Positions 26,218-33,177 of a stretch of DNA of 33,177 nt are shown here, in pieces. Origin of the DNA: Rectinemataceae bacterium (GTDB lineage: Bacteria > Spirochaetota > Spirochaetia > Treponematales > Rectinemataceae); the NCBI GenBank assembly GCA_049302175.1, contig JBAQLW010000360.1:1-33177 (forward strand), given 5' to 3'. A program made the translations under genes and the position numbers. Position 1 is the stretch's first letter. The number at the start of each line of letters is the position of its first letter. The notes under the pieces are model-generated. The model was not told the DNA's origin and did not search any database. It saw only the letters and a list, made by a program, of their open reading frames with translations.

Positions 26218-26720
26218 CGGGTATCCTCCTTGAAATTGCTGCCGTCGGGGATGGCCAGGTTCTCCGGATCGAGAAAATCGCGGGTGACGATGAGGTTCAA
26301 TCCTTCGCGAGAAACAACGCGGACAGTCTCGCCCGGATCCAGGCTTTCAAGGTAGGCGACGGCCTTCCAGCTCGTCCCCCTGAAATGCACGCGCCCTGGA
26401 TAATCGGGACGGATCCGATCCGTCACCACAGCGGTTTCTCCCGCCACCGTATCCACTTTCGCCTCCCCATCACGGTAGAACGCGCTGCCCTTGAGGAGGC
26501 GCTTGAAGGGTTTCCGCAGGAAAATCAATGAAGCGAGGCTGGTGGCCGTCCAGAAGAGAGCCTGGAACGCTGGGCTTGAAGCGAAAAATGGAAAGACGCA
26601 GAGCATGGCGGTGGCCAAGGCTCCCAGGCCGAAGAAAATTATGGCGAGCCCAGGGATAAAGGTTTCGGCCCCTATGAGAATGAGACCTAAAAGAGCCCAC
26701 CAGAACCAGGGTCCAAACAT
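26214..26720 (-). CDS. nfeD: NfeD-family membrane protein (short form: TM helices plus a C-terminal OB-fold)
   Basis: 168 aa from the ATG at 26720 (GGAGG 10 nt upstream). Hydrophobic N-terminal half, then a C-terminal beta-rich region (GRVHFRGTSWKAVAY...GETVRVVSREGLNLIV). Classic partner position upstream of SPFH genes. Confidence 0.8.
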   Translation of the reverse strand: MFGPWFWWALLGLILIGAETFIPGLAIIFFGLGALATAMLCVFPFFASSPAFQALFWTATSLASLIFLRKPFKRLLKGSAFYRDGEAKVDTVAGETAVVTDRIRPDYPGRVHFRGTSWKAVAYLESLDPGETVRVVSREGLNLIVTRDFLDPENLAIPDGSNFKEDTR

Positions 26721-26810
26721 AGGGAAGATGCCTCCATGACCGCGAGGGCGCGGGCAAACCACGTAGTATAAAAGATAGGTTCGCCGGCCTTCCAGGTCAA
26801 GCTTTCCCGG

Positions 26811-27773
26811 TCAGGAGAGAAAATCGTGCGTGGCGGCGGCGAGCGCATCGGGATCGGCTTCGATCCACCGTATGCCCGGAAGGGAACGGAGAAAGGTCAT
26901 CTGGCGCTTGACGTACTGGAGGGTATGAAGCTCTATCGCCGCGGCGATTTCTTCCATGGGCTGGCCTTCCATGGCGTAGAATTCGCTGTAACCTATCGCC
27001 TTGAGACCGGGACTCGAAGGGCTGTAACCAGCCCGCATCAGCGCGGTCGCCTCTTCTGCGAGGCCGGCCTCGAACATTTTCACCACACGGGCATGTATCC
27101 GCGCTTTGAGTTCGGGGCGGGGCCTTTCGATGCCCAGGATGAGGAAATCGTAGTCTGCCCTGGGTTTGTCGGACGGGGCGAAACGCGATGGAGGAAAGCC
27201 GCTCGATCTGAGTATTTCCAAAGCCCTGGTGAGCCTGTACAGGTCGTTTTCATGTATCCTCGCCGCGGAAGGGGGATCGGCCGCTTCCAATTCTCGCCTC
27301 AAGGCGGAGGCACCGAATAAGGCCAAGTCTTCGGCCACTTTTTCCCTCACTTCGAGGTTGGACGGCGGGGAGGGCGGCGCGCCGCAGACGAAATTTTTTA
27401 TATAGAAGCCAGTGCCGCCCGCTATGATGGGAAGAATCCCCTCGCTCGCCATTGTGGAGCAGAGCGCGTCGGCCAGATGGACAAAATCGCCCGCCGTATA
27501 CTGCTCGTCGGGATCGCGAATATCCAGCAGATGGTGGGGGAGCCTGGACTGGAGCGCCCGGTCGGGTTTGGCCGTGCCGATGTCCATGCCCCTGTAGGCC
27601 TGCATCGAGTCGGCGCTGATGACGGCGGCAGGAGAAAATAAAGAAGCTCCCCGAGCGAAAACGCTGTCGAGGAGCTCTGTTTTGCCCGACGCCGTCGGGC
27701 CGGTCACGATGATGACCTTAGTTGCTGATGAACCGATACTCCACCTGCTTGCTGAAAACCTGCTGGGCGGCAA
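26811..27773 (-). CDS. miaA: tRNA dimethylallyltransferase MiaA (start uncertain)
   Basis: VIIVTGPTASGKTELL P-loop, SADSMQAYRGMDIGTAKP, and LPIIAGGTGFYIK. The nearest canonical in-frame start that keeps strand beta-1 is the TTG at 27773. The ORF is open to 27866. Confidence 0.9.
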   Translation of the reverse strand: MPPSRFSASRWSIGSSATKVIIVTGPTASGKTELLDSVFARGASLFSPAAVISADSMQAYRGMDIGTAKPDRALQSRLPHHLLDIRDPDEQYTAGDFVHLADALCSTMASEGILPIIAGGTGFYIKNFVCGAPPSPPSNLEVREKVAEDLALFGASALRRELEAADPPSAARIHENDLYRLTRALEILRSSGFPPSRFAPSDKPRADYDFLILGIERPRPELKARIHARVVKMFEAGLAEEATALMRAGYSPSSPGLKAIGYSEFYAMEGQPMEEIAAAIELHTLQYVKRQMTFLRSLPGIRWIEADPDALAAATHDFLS

Positions 27774-27912
27774 GCGACACCACTTTGCCGTTGCACTTTT
27801 CCACCTCGGGGGTCTTGAGCACCGCGAGCTGGAATGCCCGCCTGTTGACGGCGACAGCCAGTTCATAGGAATTCGTATTGTAATTGATGAGTTCCTCGAG
27901 AGGAATTATCAT
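27718..27912 (-). CDS. rpoZ: DNA-directed RNA polymerase omega subunit (RpoZ-like)
   Basis: 64 aa. PLEELINYNTNSYELAVAVNRRAFQL resembles the RpoZ core (xxYxLvxxaakRArQl). AAGGAG lies 6 nt upstream of the ATG. Confidence 0.6.
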   Translation of the reverse strand: MIIPLEELINYNTNSYELAVAVNRRAFQLAVLKTPEVEKCNGKVVSLAAQQVFSKQVEYRFISN

Positions 27913-27946
27913 TCATTGCTCCTTTAGGTCGCGGAATGGCGTGGCA

Positions 27947-28270
27947 TTATAAGCCCAGTTCGCCGAGGCGCTTGTCCAGGCTTTCAAGCAGGCTGTCGGC
28001 CTCGAATTCCTTCGACGTCAAAGCCTTCTGGCCCGAGTCCCTGTGCATCTCGTCCAGAGTGAGAAGGCTTGTGACGAGGGCAAGCTTGAGCGGATCCACT
28101 ATTTTCATCTGGCTTGAAACGTTGGAAAGCCTTTCTTTCAGCTCGCTGACCAGTCCGGCGATATAATCAGGGTCTTCGTCGGTACGGACGGTGAAAGAAA
28201 CGCCGAGAAGCTCTATGGGGAAAACCCTGGTGGGAGCTTTCCCCGCCGCCTCAGAATATGTCGAGTTCAT
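27947..28270 (-). CDS. zapA: cell division protein ZapA
   Basis: 107 aa from the ATG at 28270. FPIELLGVSFTVRTDEDPDYIAGLVSELKERLSNV...DPLKLALVTSLLTLDEMHR matches the ZapA pattern. Overlaps the upstream stop by 20 nt. Confidence 0.75.
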   Translation of the reverse strand: MNSTYSEAAGKAPTRVFPIELLGVSFTVRTDEDPDYIAGLVSELKERLSNVSSQMKIVDPLKLALVTSLLTLDEMHRDSGQKALTSKEFEADSLLESLDKRLGELGL

Positions 28271-28826
28271 GTTCCGTTCCGGGAAGCTGGTCGCCATCGG
28301 GGGATTCTTCGGATGAAGATTCGCCGGGAAAGGGCGATGGCTGGGACGCCGAGGTTGCCGGGGACATCGCAACCGCCTCCACCTTTTTGTCCCCTTCCGT
28401 CTGGGCTTCGCCGACGGAGATGCCCATCACCAGATCCTCGAAGGCATCCAGCTTCTGGAGGGCATGGGTGAGCCCCTCCTCTATCCTGGACTGCTCGCGC
28501 TTCAGTTCTTCGGCCTTCGATTCGAGGTCGAAGGATTTCTGTTCGGCCGCGACCGCCCGCTCACGGCTGGAAGCGCTTTCGGCTTCGGCCGCCTGGAGCT
28601 TCGCGCGGAGTTCCTCGATTGTGGCTTCTGTTTCTGTTGTCATCCGCAAGGATGCCGCGGATCTGCTCTCGAGTTCCGAATACGCCGCCTTGGCCTCATC
28701 GACCGAGCGCGAGGCCTCGACGAGGCGCTGTTCAAGCTCGGCATTTTCCCTGCGCAGCTTGTCGATCAGCGTGACCGCTTTTTCAACCCGCGCCTCGAAG
28801 GCGCGGATTTGCTCGAGGCTCACCAT
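28251..28826 (-). CDS. ZapB-like coiled-coil protein with an acidic, Ser/Pro-rich C-terminal tail
   Basis: 191 aa. N-terminus LEQIRAFEARVEKAVTLIDKLRRENAELEQRL resembles ZapB ([29 protein letters not shown]), followed by continuous heptad-like sequence. Lies directly upstream of zapA. Confidence 0.55.
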   Translation of the reverse strand: MVSLEQIRAFEARVEKAVTLIDKLRRENAELEQRLVEASRSVDEAKAAYSELESRSAASLRMTTETEATIEELRAKLQAAEAESASSRERAVAAEQKSFDLESKAEELKREQSRIEEGLTHALQKLDAFEDLVMGISVGEAQTEGDKKVEAVAMSPATSASQPSPFPGESSSEESPDGDQLPGTEHELDIF

Positions 28827-28830
28827 GGCC

Positions 28831-29190
28831 TTAAGCCTGCAGCGCCGCTTTCGCCTTCTGGACGATAGCGGAAAAAGCAGTAGGATCGGTGATGGCGAGA
28901 TCGGCGAGAACTTTTCTGTTCATCGTTATTCCGGCCTTGTTGATGCCTTCGATCAGGCGGCTGTAGCTGAGATCCTCAGCCCTGCATGCCGCGTTGATGC
29001 GCGCGATCCAGAGTGTCCTGAAGACGCCCTTCTTGTCGCGCCTGTCCTTGTATGCGTCGGAGAGGGCCTTCGCTACGGCGTCCTTCGCGACCTTGTAGTT
29101 GGAGTGCCTTCTGCCCCAGTACCCCTTCGCTATTTTGAGTATTTTCTTGCGGTGATCCTTGCGTCTGGTGCCGTCTACTGCTCTTGACAT
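28831..29190 (-). CDS. rplT: 50S ribosomal protein L20
   Basis: 119 aa. [20 protein letters not shown]...[10 protein letters not shown]. Confidence 0.97.
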   Translation of the reverse strand: MSRAVDGTRRKDHRKKILKIAKGYWGRRHSNYKVAKDAVAKALSDAYKDRRDKKGVFRTLWIARINAACRAEDLSYSRLIEGINKAGITMNRKVLADLAITDPTAFSAIVQKAKAALQA

Positions 29191-29214
29191 CGCTATTCTC
29201 CTGTTAAGCCCGAA

Positions 29215-29415
29215 TTAACCGTTGGGCAGAAGCTTTTTCTTGATCTGATGGATGGGACCGGCGGCGACAAAACCCGGCTTCCTCAGGTTTCTCTTCCGCT
29301 TCGTGCTCTTCTTGGTCAGAATATGGCGGAGGTTCATTTTCTTGTATTTGACCTTGCCGCTGGCGGTAAGGGAAAAGCGCTTGGCCGCGGCCTTCTTCGT
29401 CTTCATCTTGGGCAT
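29215..29415 (-). CDS. rpmI: 50S ribosomal protein L35
   Basis: 66 aa. [26 protein letters not shown]. Confidence 0.95.
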   Translation of the reverse strand: MPKMKTKKAAAKRFSLTASGKVKYKKMNLRHILTKKSTKRKRNLRKPGFVAAGPIHQIKKKLLPNG

Positions 29416-29438
29416 GATCTACCGTCCTTCTCTTGAGT

Positions 29439-30011
29439 TCATGGAACGTCGTTGCCTGCGGGAGCGACTGCTTCCGCTTCGGCTTGTTTCTTGATGATCG
29501 AGGCTTTGGGCTGGAGCACCATGGACATGAAGCGGCCCTCCATGAGGGGAAGCTTTTCCATGATGTAGAAGCCTTCAAGCTTGGCAAGAATCTTCTTCAG
29601 GATTTGTTCGCCTATCTCGGTATGCGCAAGCTCGCGGCCCCGGAACCTGATGGTCACCTTGACCTTGTTGCCCTGCTCCAGGAATTCCTTCACGTGGTTC
29701 GACTTGAAGTCGAGGTCATGCTCGGCAATCTTGGGCTGCATGCGGATCTCCTTGAGTTCCGCGGCCTTTGTATGCTTGCGCGTATCCTTGATCTTCTTCT
29801 CCTGCTCGAACTTGTACTTGCCAAAGTTCAGCAGCTTGCACACGGGAGGAACGGACTGGGGAGCCACTTCGACGAGATCCAGACCGATTTCCCGGGCGAT
29901 CTTGATTGCCTCGAGGGTCGGGATGATGCCGCGCTGCTCGCCCTTGTCGTCTATGAGCCTTACTTCACGCACACGGATCTGTTCATTGATCCGCAAGTCC
30001 TTGTCTGCCAA
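29439..30011 (-). CDS. infC: translation initiation factor IF-3 (TTG start)
   Basis: 190 aa. INEQIRVREVRLIDDKGEQRGIIPTLEAIKIAREIGLDLVEVAP...PPVCKLLNFGKYKFE. TTG at 30011..30009 with GGAGG (30020..30016) 4 nt upstream. Confidence 0.95.
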   Translation of the reverse strand: MADKDLRINEQIRVREVRLIDDKGEQRGIIPTLEAIKIAREIGLDLVEVAPQSVPPVCKLLNFGKYKFEQEKKIKDTRKHTKAAELKEIRMQPKIAEHDLDFKSNHVKEFLEQGNKVKVTIRFRGRELAHTEIGEQILKKILAKLEGFYIMEKLPLMEGRFMSMVLQPKASIIKKQAEAEAVAPAGNDVP

Positions 30012-30143
30012 CTGACCTCCTATGGCGCAAACCCGGATTCCGTTACGGGGATCGGCCTACGGGTTTACGCGTCCGTGCAGCATGCGGTTGGTCATGCGTA
30101 CGGGCGCGGCGCGTATATTACCATATAATTTCAAATCGGGTAA
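30012..30143 (-). promoter_or_regulatory. putative infC-rpmI-rplT promoter (TTACCC - 17 nt - TAATAT with an upstream TG) and a ~95-nt structured 5' leader
   Basis: Minus strand: -35 at 30143..30138 and TGgTAATAT with the -10 at 30120..30115. The leader has a 7-bp stem (30029-30035 pairs with 30060-30066) and a GCATG/CATGC hairpin at about 30080-30098. Confidence 0.4.
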
Positions 30144-30243
30144 ATACCTGCAAGAGCCCGATGCGCTACAATATTCGCGGTTTGGCGAAAGTTTGCAGAA
30201 AAACCGCTCGTTTATGGCGCCGCGCACCGGTCCGGTCAGGGTT

Positions 30244-31242
30244 TCAGGCTTTGCCCGCCGATCCCAACACCTCGATATTCTTATGCGAGTAGAGCTTTTT
30301 CAATTCGTCGCGAGCTGGACCCAGGTATTTGCGGGGATCGAATTCATCGGGTTTTTCACTCAAGACCTTGCGGATGAGGGCAGTCATGGCGAGCCGTCCA
30401 TCGGAATCGATGTTGATCTTGCACACCGCGCTGCGCGCCGCTTTGCGCAGCTGTTCCTCGGGGATGCCCACGGAATCCTTGAGCTTGCCGCCGTACTGCT
30501 CGATCATGCGCACGTATTCCATGGGTACGGAAGACGAGCCGTGGAGGACGATGGGAAAGCCGGGAATGCGTTTTTCGATTTCCTCGAGTATATCGAAGCG
30601 TAGTGGGGGCGGGATGAGGACGCCGTCGGCGCCGCGCGTGCACTGCTCGGGCTTGAATTTCATACGGCCGTGGCTTGTGCCGATGGAGATGGCGAGGGAA
30701 TCGACGCCGGTTTTCTTAACGAAGTCCTCAACCTCGGCGGGGCGGGTGTAGTTGCTGTGCTCGGCCGAAACTTCATCTTCGACGCCGGCCAGAACGCCGA
30801 GCTCGCCTTCCACGGTGACATAGTCCTTGCGCGAATGGGCATAATCGCAGACCTTCTTCGTGAGGGCCACGTTCTCGTCGTAGGGCAGGTGCGAGCCGTC
30901 GATCATGACGGAAGAGAAGCCGCTTTCGATGCAGTCGACGCAGAGTTCGTAGGTGTCGCCGTGATCGAGGTGAAGGACGATGGGTATGGGATAGCCCAGC
31001 TCCTTCGCGTATTCGACCGCTCCCTTCGCCATGTTGCGCAGGAGGATAGAGTTGGCGTACTTGCGGGCACCCGACGATACCTGGAGGATGACGGGGCTCT
31101 TGGTTTCGACGCAGGCCATGATGATCGCCTGCAACTGTTCCATGTTGTTGAAGTTGTACGCCGGGAGGGCGTAGCCGCCCTTGACCGCCTTGGCGAAGAG
31201 TTCGACTGTGTTGGAAAGACCCAATTCCTTATAGCTTGTCAT
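30244..31242 (-). CDS. fba: class II fructose-1,6-bisphosphate aldolase
   Basis: 332 aa. ALPAYNFNNMEQLQAIIMACVETKSPVILQVS, LHLDHG, SVMIDGS, GTSHG and LHGSSSVP motifs. GGAGG lies 4 nt upstream of the ATG. Confidence 0.96.
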   Translation of the reverse strand: MTSYKELGLSNTVELFAKAVKGGYALPAYNFNNMEQLQAIIMACVETKSPVILQVSSGARKYANSILLRNMAKGAVEYAKELGYPIPIVLHLDHGDTYELCVDCIESGFSSVMIDGSHLPYDENVALTKKVCDYAHSRKDYVTVEGELGVLAGVEDEVSAEHSNYTRPAEVEDFVKKTGVDSLAISIGTSHGRMKFKPEQCTRGADGVLIPPPLRFDILEEIEKRIPGFPIVLHGSSSVPMEYVRMIEQYGGKLKDSVGIPEEQLRKAARSAVCKINIDSDGRLAMTALIRKVLSEKPDEFDPRKYLGPARDELKKLYSHKNIEVLGSAGKA

Positions 31243-31296
31243 GGTACCTCCGGTGAATATGAGCGGGATGCTTTTTATCGTGAACGTTTCCTGTTA

Positions 31297-31325
31297 ATCT
31301 TATGGACAGGCAAGTCGATCGTCAA
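31297..31325 (-). promoter_or_regulatory. putative sigma70-type promoter for fba (TTGACG - 17 nt - TAAGAT)
   Basis: Minus strand: -35 at 31325..31320 and -10 at 31302..31297, about 55 nt upstream of the fba ATG. Confidence 0.45.
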
Positions 31326-31350
31326 GCAGGCGGAAGGACGCGAAAAGACA

Positions 31351-32403
31351 ATGGATCAGCATTTCCGAAGCGTCGCGCGCAATATTCCCGCCCAGTTCGG
31401 GGCATTCCTCATCGGCATTCTCCTCTATTCCTGCGGGGTTCATGCGAAGACTGTGCCGGAGAGAGGCGTGGCACGCGTCATCGATGAGGCCTTCGCTTTC
31501 ATCCTCCCCGTGACGACGTCGTCGATCGCCGGGCTGGATGACGCCATGGGGGCACAGGATGGGGGCAGGTCAGGCGGAGCGGATACGCGTGACGCGTCCT
31601 TTCTCCCTGTCGCCAGTATCGACGAATCGACGGGAAAGCTCGTCGGCCGATGGGCGAGAAACGATGCTGCGGTTCCTGGGGCTATCATCGCGAGCCCTCT
31701 TGCGGCCGGGAAAATAGCGGACCATATAGCTTTGCTGGATCCTTCCGTACGATCCGGAATGCCGCCCTTGGTTGTCCCTTTCGGGAAAAATCCCGGCGAG
31801 GGGAATAGGGAATTCCACATCGTGACATATGATTTTAGCCAAGCCTACGCCGCCATGGGCAAGGAAGCCGCACGGCTGACAAGCAAGGCTTCCATCACGA
31901 ACGGCTACGAAACCTCATGCGGAATACTCTTCCAAGAAAACTTCATGAGGGACTCGAGCGCCCTCGGCGCATTCGTCGCCGCCTTTTCCAATGCTTTCGG
32001 CGAAGGCATGAAGGAGGATCTGCTCGCCGTCGATGTTCTGGAAAACGAGGAACTGAGGCTGGATCCCGTGGGAGCTACCAAGACCGCCGTCGCTGCCCTC
32101 AATGAGAGGAAGGGCATATCTGTCGTCGTGCTTGCCATCGACGACGCGGCCGCGGCAGAGGCGGCGTCCGGAGCCGCGAATCCTGTAGATGTGCCGCAGC
32201 GAATAGTATTCATGGCTGACCTGAGTTCCTGGGGCGACAGAGAGCCCGCGCCAGGGGTTTTCAGGTATGGGATCAGGGGCGACGAAAGGGGACTGGCGCG
32301 GGCGGCCATCGGCATGGCGAAAGACCTGGCCGACGGGGGAAAGGTTGATGCGATCAGGAACGTTGCGCTTCGCTTCGGCCGCTTTTTTCCGGGAATATTC
32401 TGA
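31351..32403 (+). CDS. hypothetical secreted protein / putative lipoprotein, with no family recognised by eye
   Basis: 350 aa from the ATG at 31351. Signal-peptide-like N-terminus (MDQHFRSVARNIPAQFGAFLIGILLYSCG) with a loose lipobox. Codon usage resembles neighbouring genes. The upstream part of the 577-aa track ORF is the antisense shadow of fba. Confidence 0.5.
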   Translation: MDQHFRSVARNIPAQFGAFLIGILLYSCGVHAKTVPERGVARVIDEAFAFILPVTTSSIAGLDDAMGAQDGGRSGGADTRDASFLPVASIDESTGKLVGRWARNDAAVPGAIIASPLAAGKIADHIALLDPSVRSGMPPLVVPFGKNPGEGNREFHIVTYDFSQAYAAMGKEAARLTSKASITNGYETSCGILFQENFMRDSSALGAFVAAFSNAFGEGMKEDLLAVDVLENEELRLDPVGATKTAVAALNERKGISVVVLAIDDAAAAEAASGAANPVDVPQRIVFMADLSSWGDREPAPGVFRYGIRGDERGLARAAIGMAKDLADGGKVDAIRNVALRFGRFFPGIF

Positions 32404-33177
32404 GGGCGTTGGCCTGGACGGCGGCTGCCAGCGTTTCCAGGGGTATCATCCTGAGTGAGGCCGCGAGTTCCATCGTACGTCCGATGTCAAGAGAAGTGGA
32501 AGGTTTCCCACGGCGGGGCAGAGGATTCATGTACGGAGAGTCCGTCTCGAAGAGGAGCATGTCGAGAGGGGTCAGGGCGAGGGCCGCGCGCAGCCCTTCG
32601 GAACTCCTGTAGCTGAGGTTCCCGGCGAAGGAAAGGACGCATCCGCAGTCCAGGAATTTCACCGCTTCCGCGGCCCCGTATCCGAAGCAATGGATGATGA
32701 CCGGGAAACGTTTCGCTGCCTTGGCGACGACGGCGAGGGTGTCGCCGAAGGCATCCCGGGAGTGGACGATGAGGGGCAGCCCCCTCTCCGCCGCCATGTC
32801 GGCCTGGGCTTCAAAGAGGGCGATCTGCGCAGAGGCCGAAGCCTCCATGTGATGATAGTCGAGGCCGCATTCGCCGAGGGCTGAGCATCGGGGCCGATCG
32901 AGATCGCCCGCCAAAGCGGCCAATGCCGCATCAGGGGCCTCAAGCGACTCGAGCCCCGGCCAGAGCCCCGCGGTAAAGCGGATAAAGGGAAATTCTCCGA
33001 ATCTGTCCTGCCGCTTGGCCAGGTCGCCAGGCTTGGTGCCTATATCGACGATAAAGGGCGCAAGACTCAGGTCGGCAGCTACTCGCTGCGACGCATACGC
33101 GAAGCCGTATGCCGCGAGCAGCTCGCTTACAGCCTCTCCGCCGAGCCTTTCCTCGACGAGGCCGAGGTGGGCGTGGG
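32354..33177 (-). CDS. tatD: TatD-family metal-dependent hydrolase (5' end runs off the window)
   Basis: The frame is open from the window edge. HAHL at the edge, then GECGLDYH, IVHSRDA, IIHCF and ETDSPY are the TatD metal-ligand motifs. The track ORF start (TTG at 32923) is internal. Confidence 0.88.
   Translation of the reverse strand, partial: HAHLGLVEERLGGEAVSELLAAYGFAYASQRVAADLSLAPFIVDIGTKPGDLAKRQDRFGEFPFIRFTAGLWPGLESLEAPDAALAALAGDLDRPRCSALGECGLDYHHMEASASAQIALFEAQADMAAERGLPLIVHSRDAFGDTLAVVAKAAKRFPVIIHCFGYGAAEAVKFLDCGCVLSFAGNLSYRSSEGLRAALALTPLDMLLFETDSPYMNPLPRRGKPSTSLDIGRTMELAASLRMIPLETLAAAVQANALRIFPEKSGRSEAQRS

Noticed and set aside
26721-26810. TTGACC and TATACT hexamers upstream of nfeD as a promoter, and a CCGCG-ccct-CGCGG hairpin as a miaA terminator.
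   Set aside because: The hexamers are 24 nt apart, which is too far. The hairpin has a 5-bp stem with no U-tract.
30124-30129. Perfect TATAAT on the + strand in the fba-infC spacer, which could drive antisense transcription into fba.
   Set aside because: There is no -35-like element 16-18 nt upstream (GC-rich gcgcgg) and no + strand gene downstream. The AT-rich patch is better explained as the minus-strand infC promoter.

Overview
GC-rich, tightly packed core-chromosome segment whose gene order looks spirochaete-like (inference from synteny). I see no mobile elements, CRISPR arrays, tRNA or rRNA genes, and no recognisable defence island. On the + strand, holB (DNA pol III delta-prime) is translationally coupled to a cytoplasmic PAS histidine kinase and a sigma54-dependent (NtrC/Rrp2-like) response regulator. 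Converging on it is a roughly 17-kb minus-strand array of 16 genes with almost no gaps: mraZ-rsmH-ftsL-murF-mraY-ftsW-ftsQ-ftsA-ftsZ-xerD-dprA-topA-xerC-hslV-hslU-fliA. Next come an HD-domain phosphohydrolase, a divergent RlmM-like methyltransferase and a small membrane protein. These are followed by an nfeD-SPFH-SPFH operon and a second compact minus-strand array, infC-rpmI-rplT-zapB-zapA-rpoZ-miaA. The window ends with class II fba, an orphan putative lipoprotein and a 5'-truncated tatD. I do not see a convincing novel multi-gene system. The observations most worth follow-up are: a four-box, 10-bp-phased MraZ-type operator downstream of a near-consensus promoter; ftsA with no canonical start but an SD-positioned CTG; xerD coupled to ftsZ by a GTGA overlap; fliA at the tail of a dprA-topA-xerC-hslVU block; the duplicated SPFH pair with NfeD; a structured infC leader; and the orphan lipoprotein. 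Many long ORFs in the six-frame track are codon-aligned antisense shadows of real genes and were rejected.
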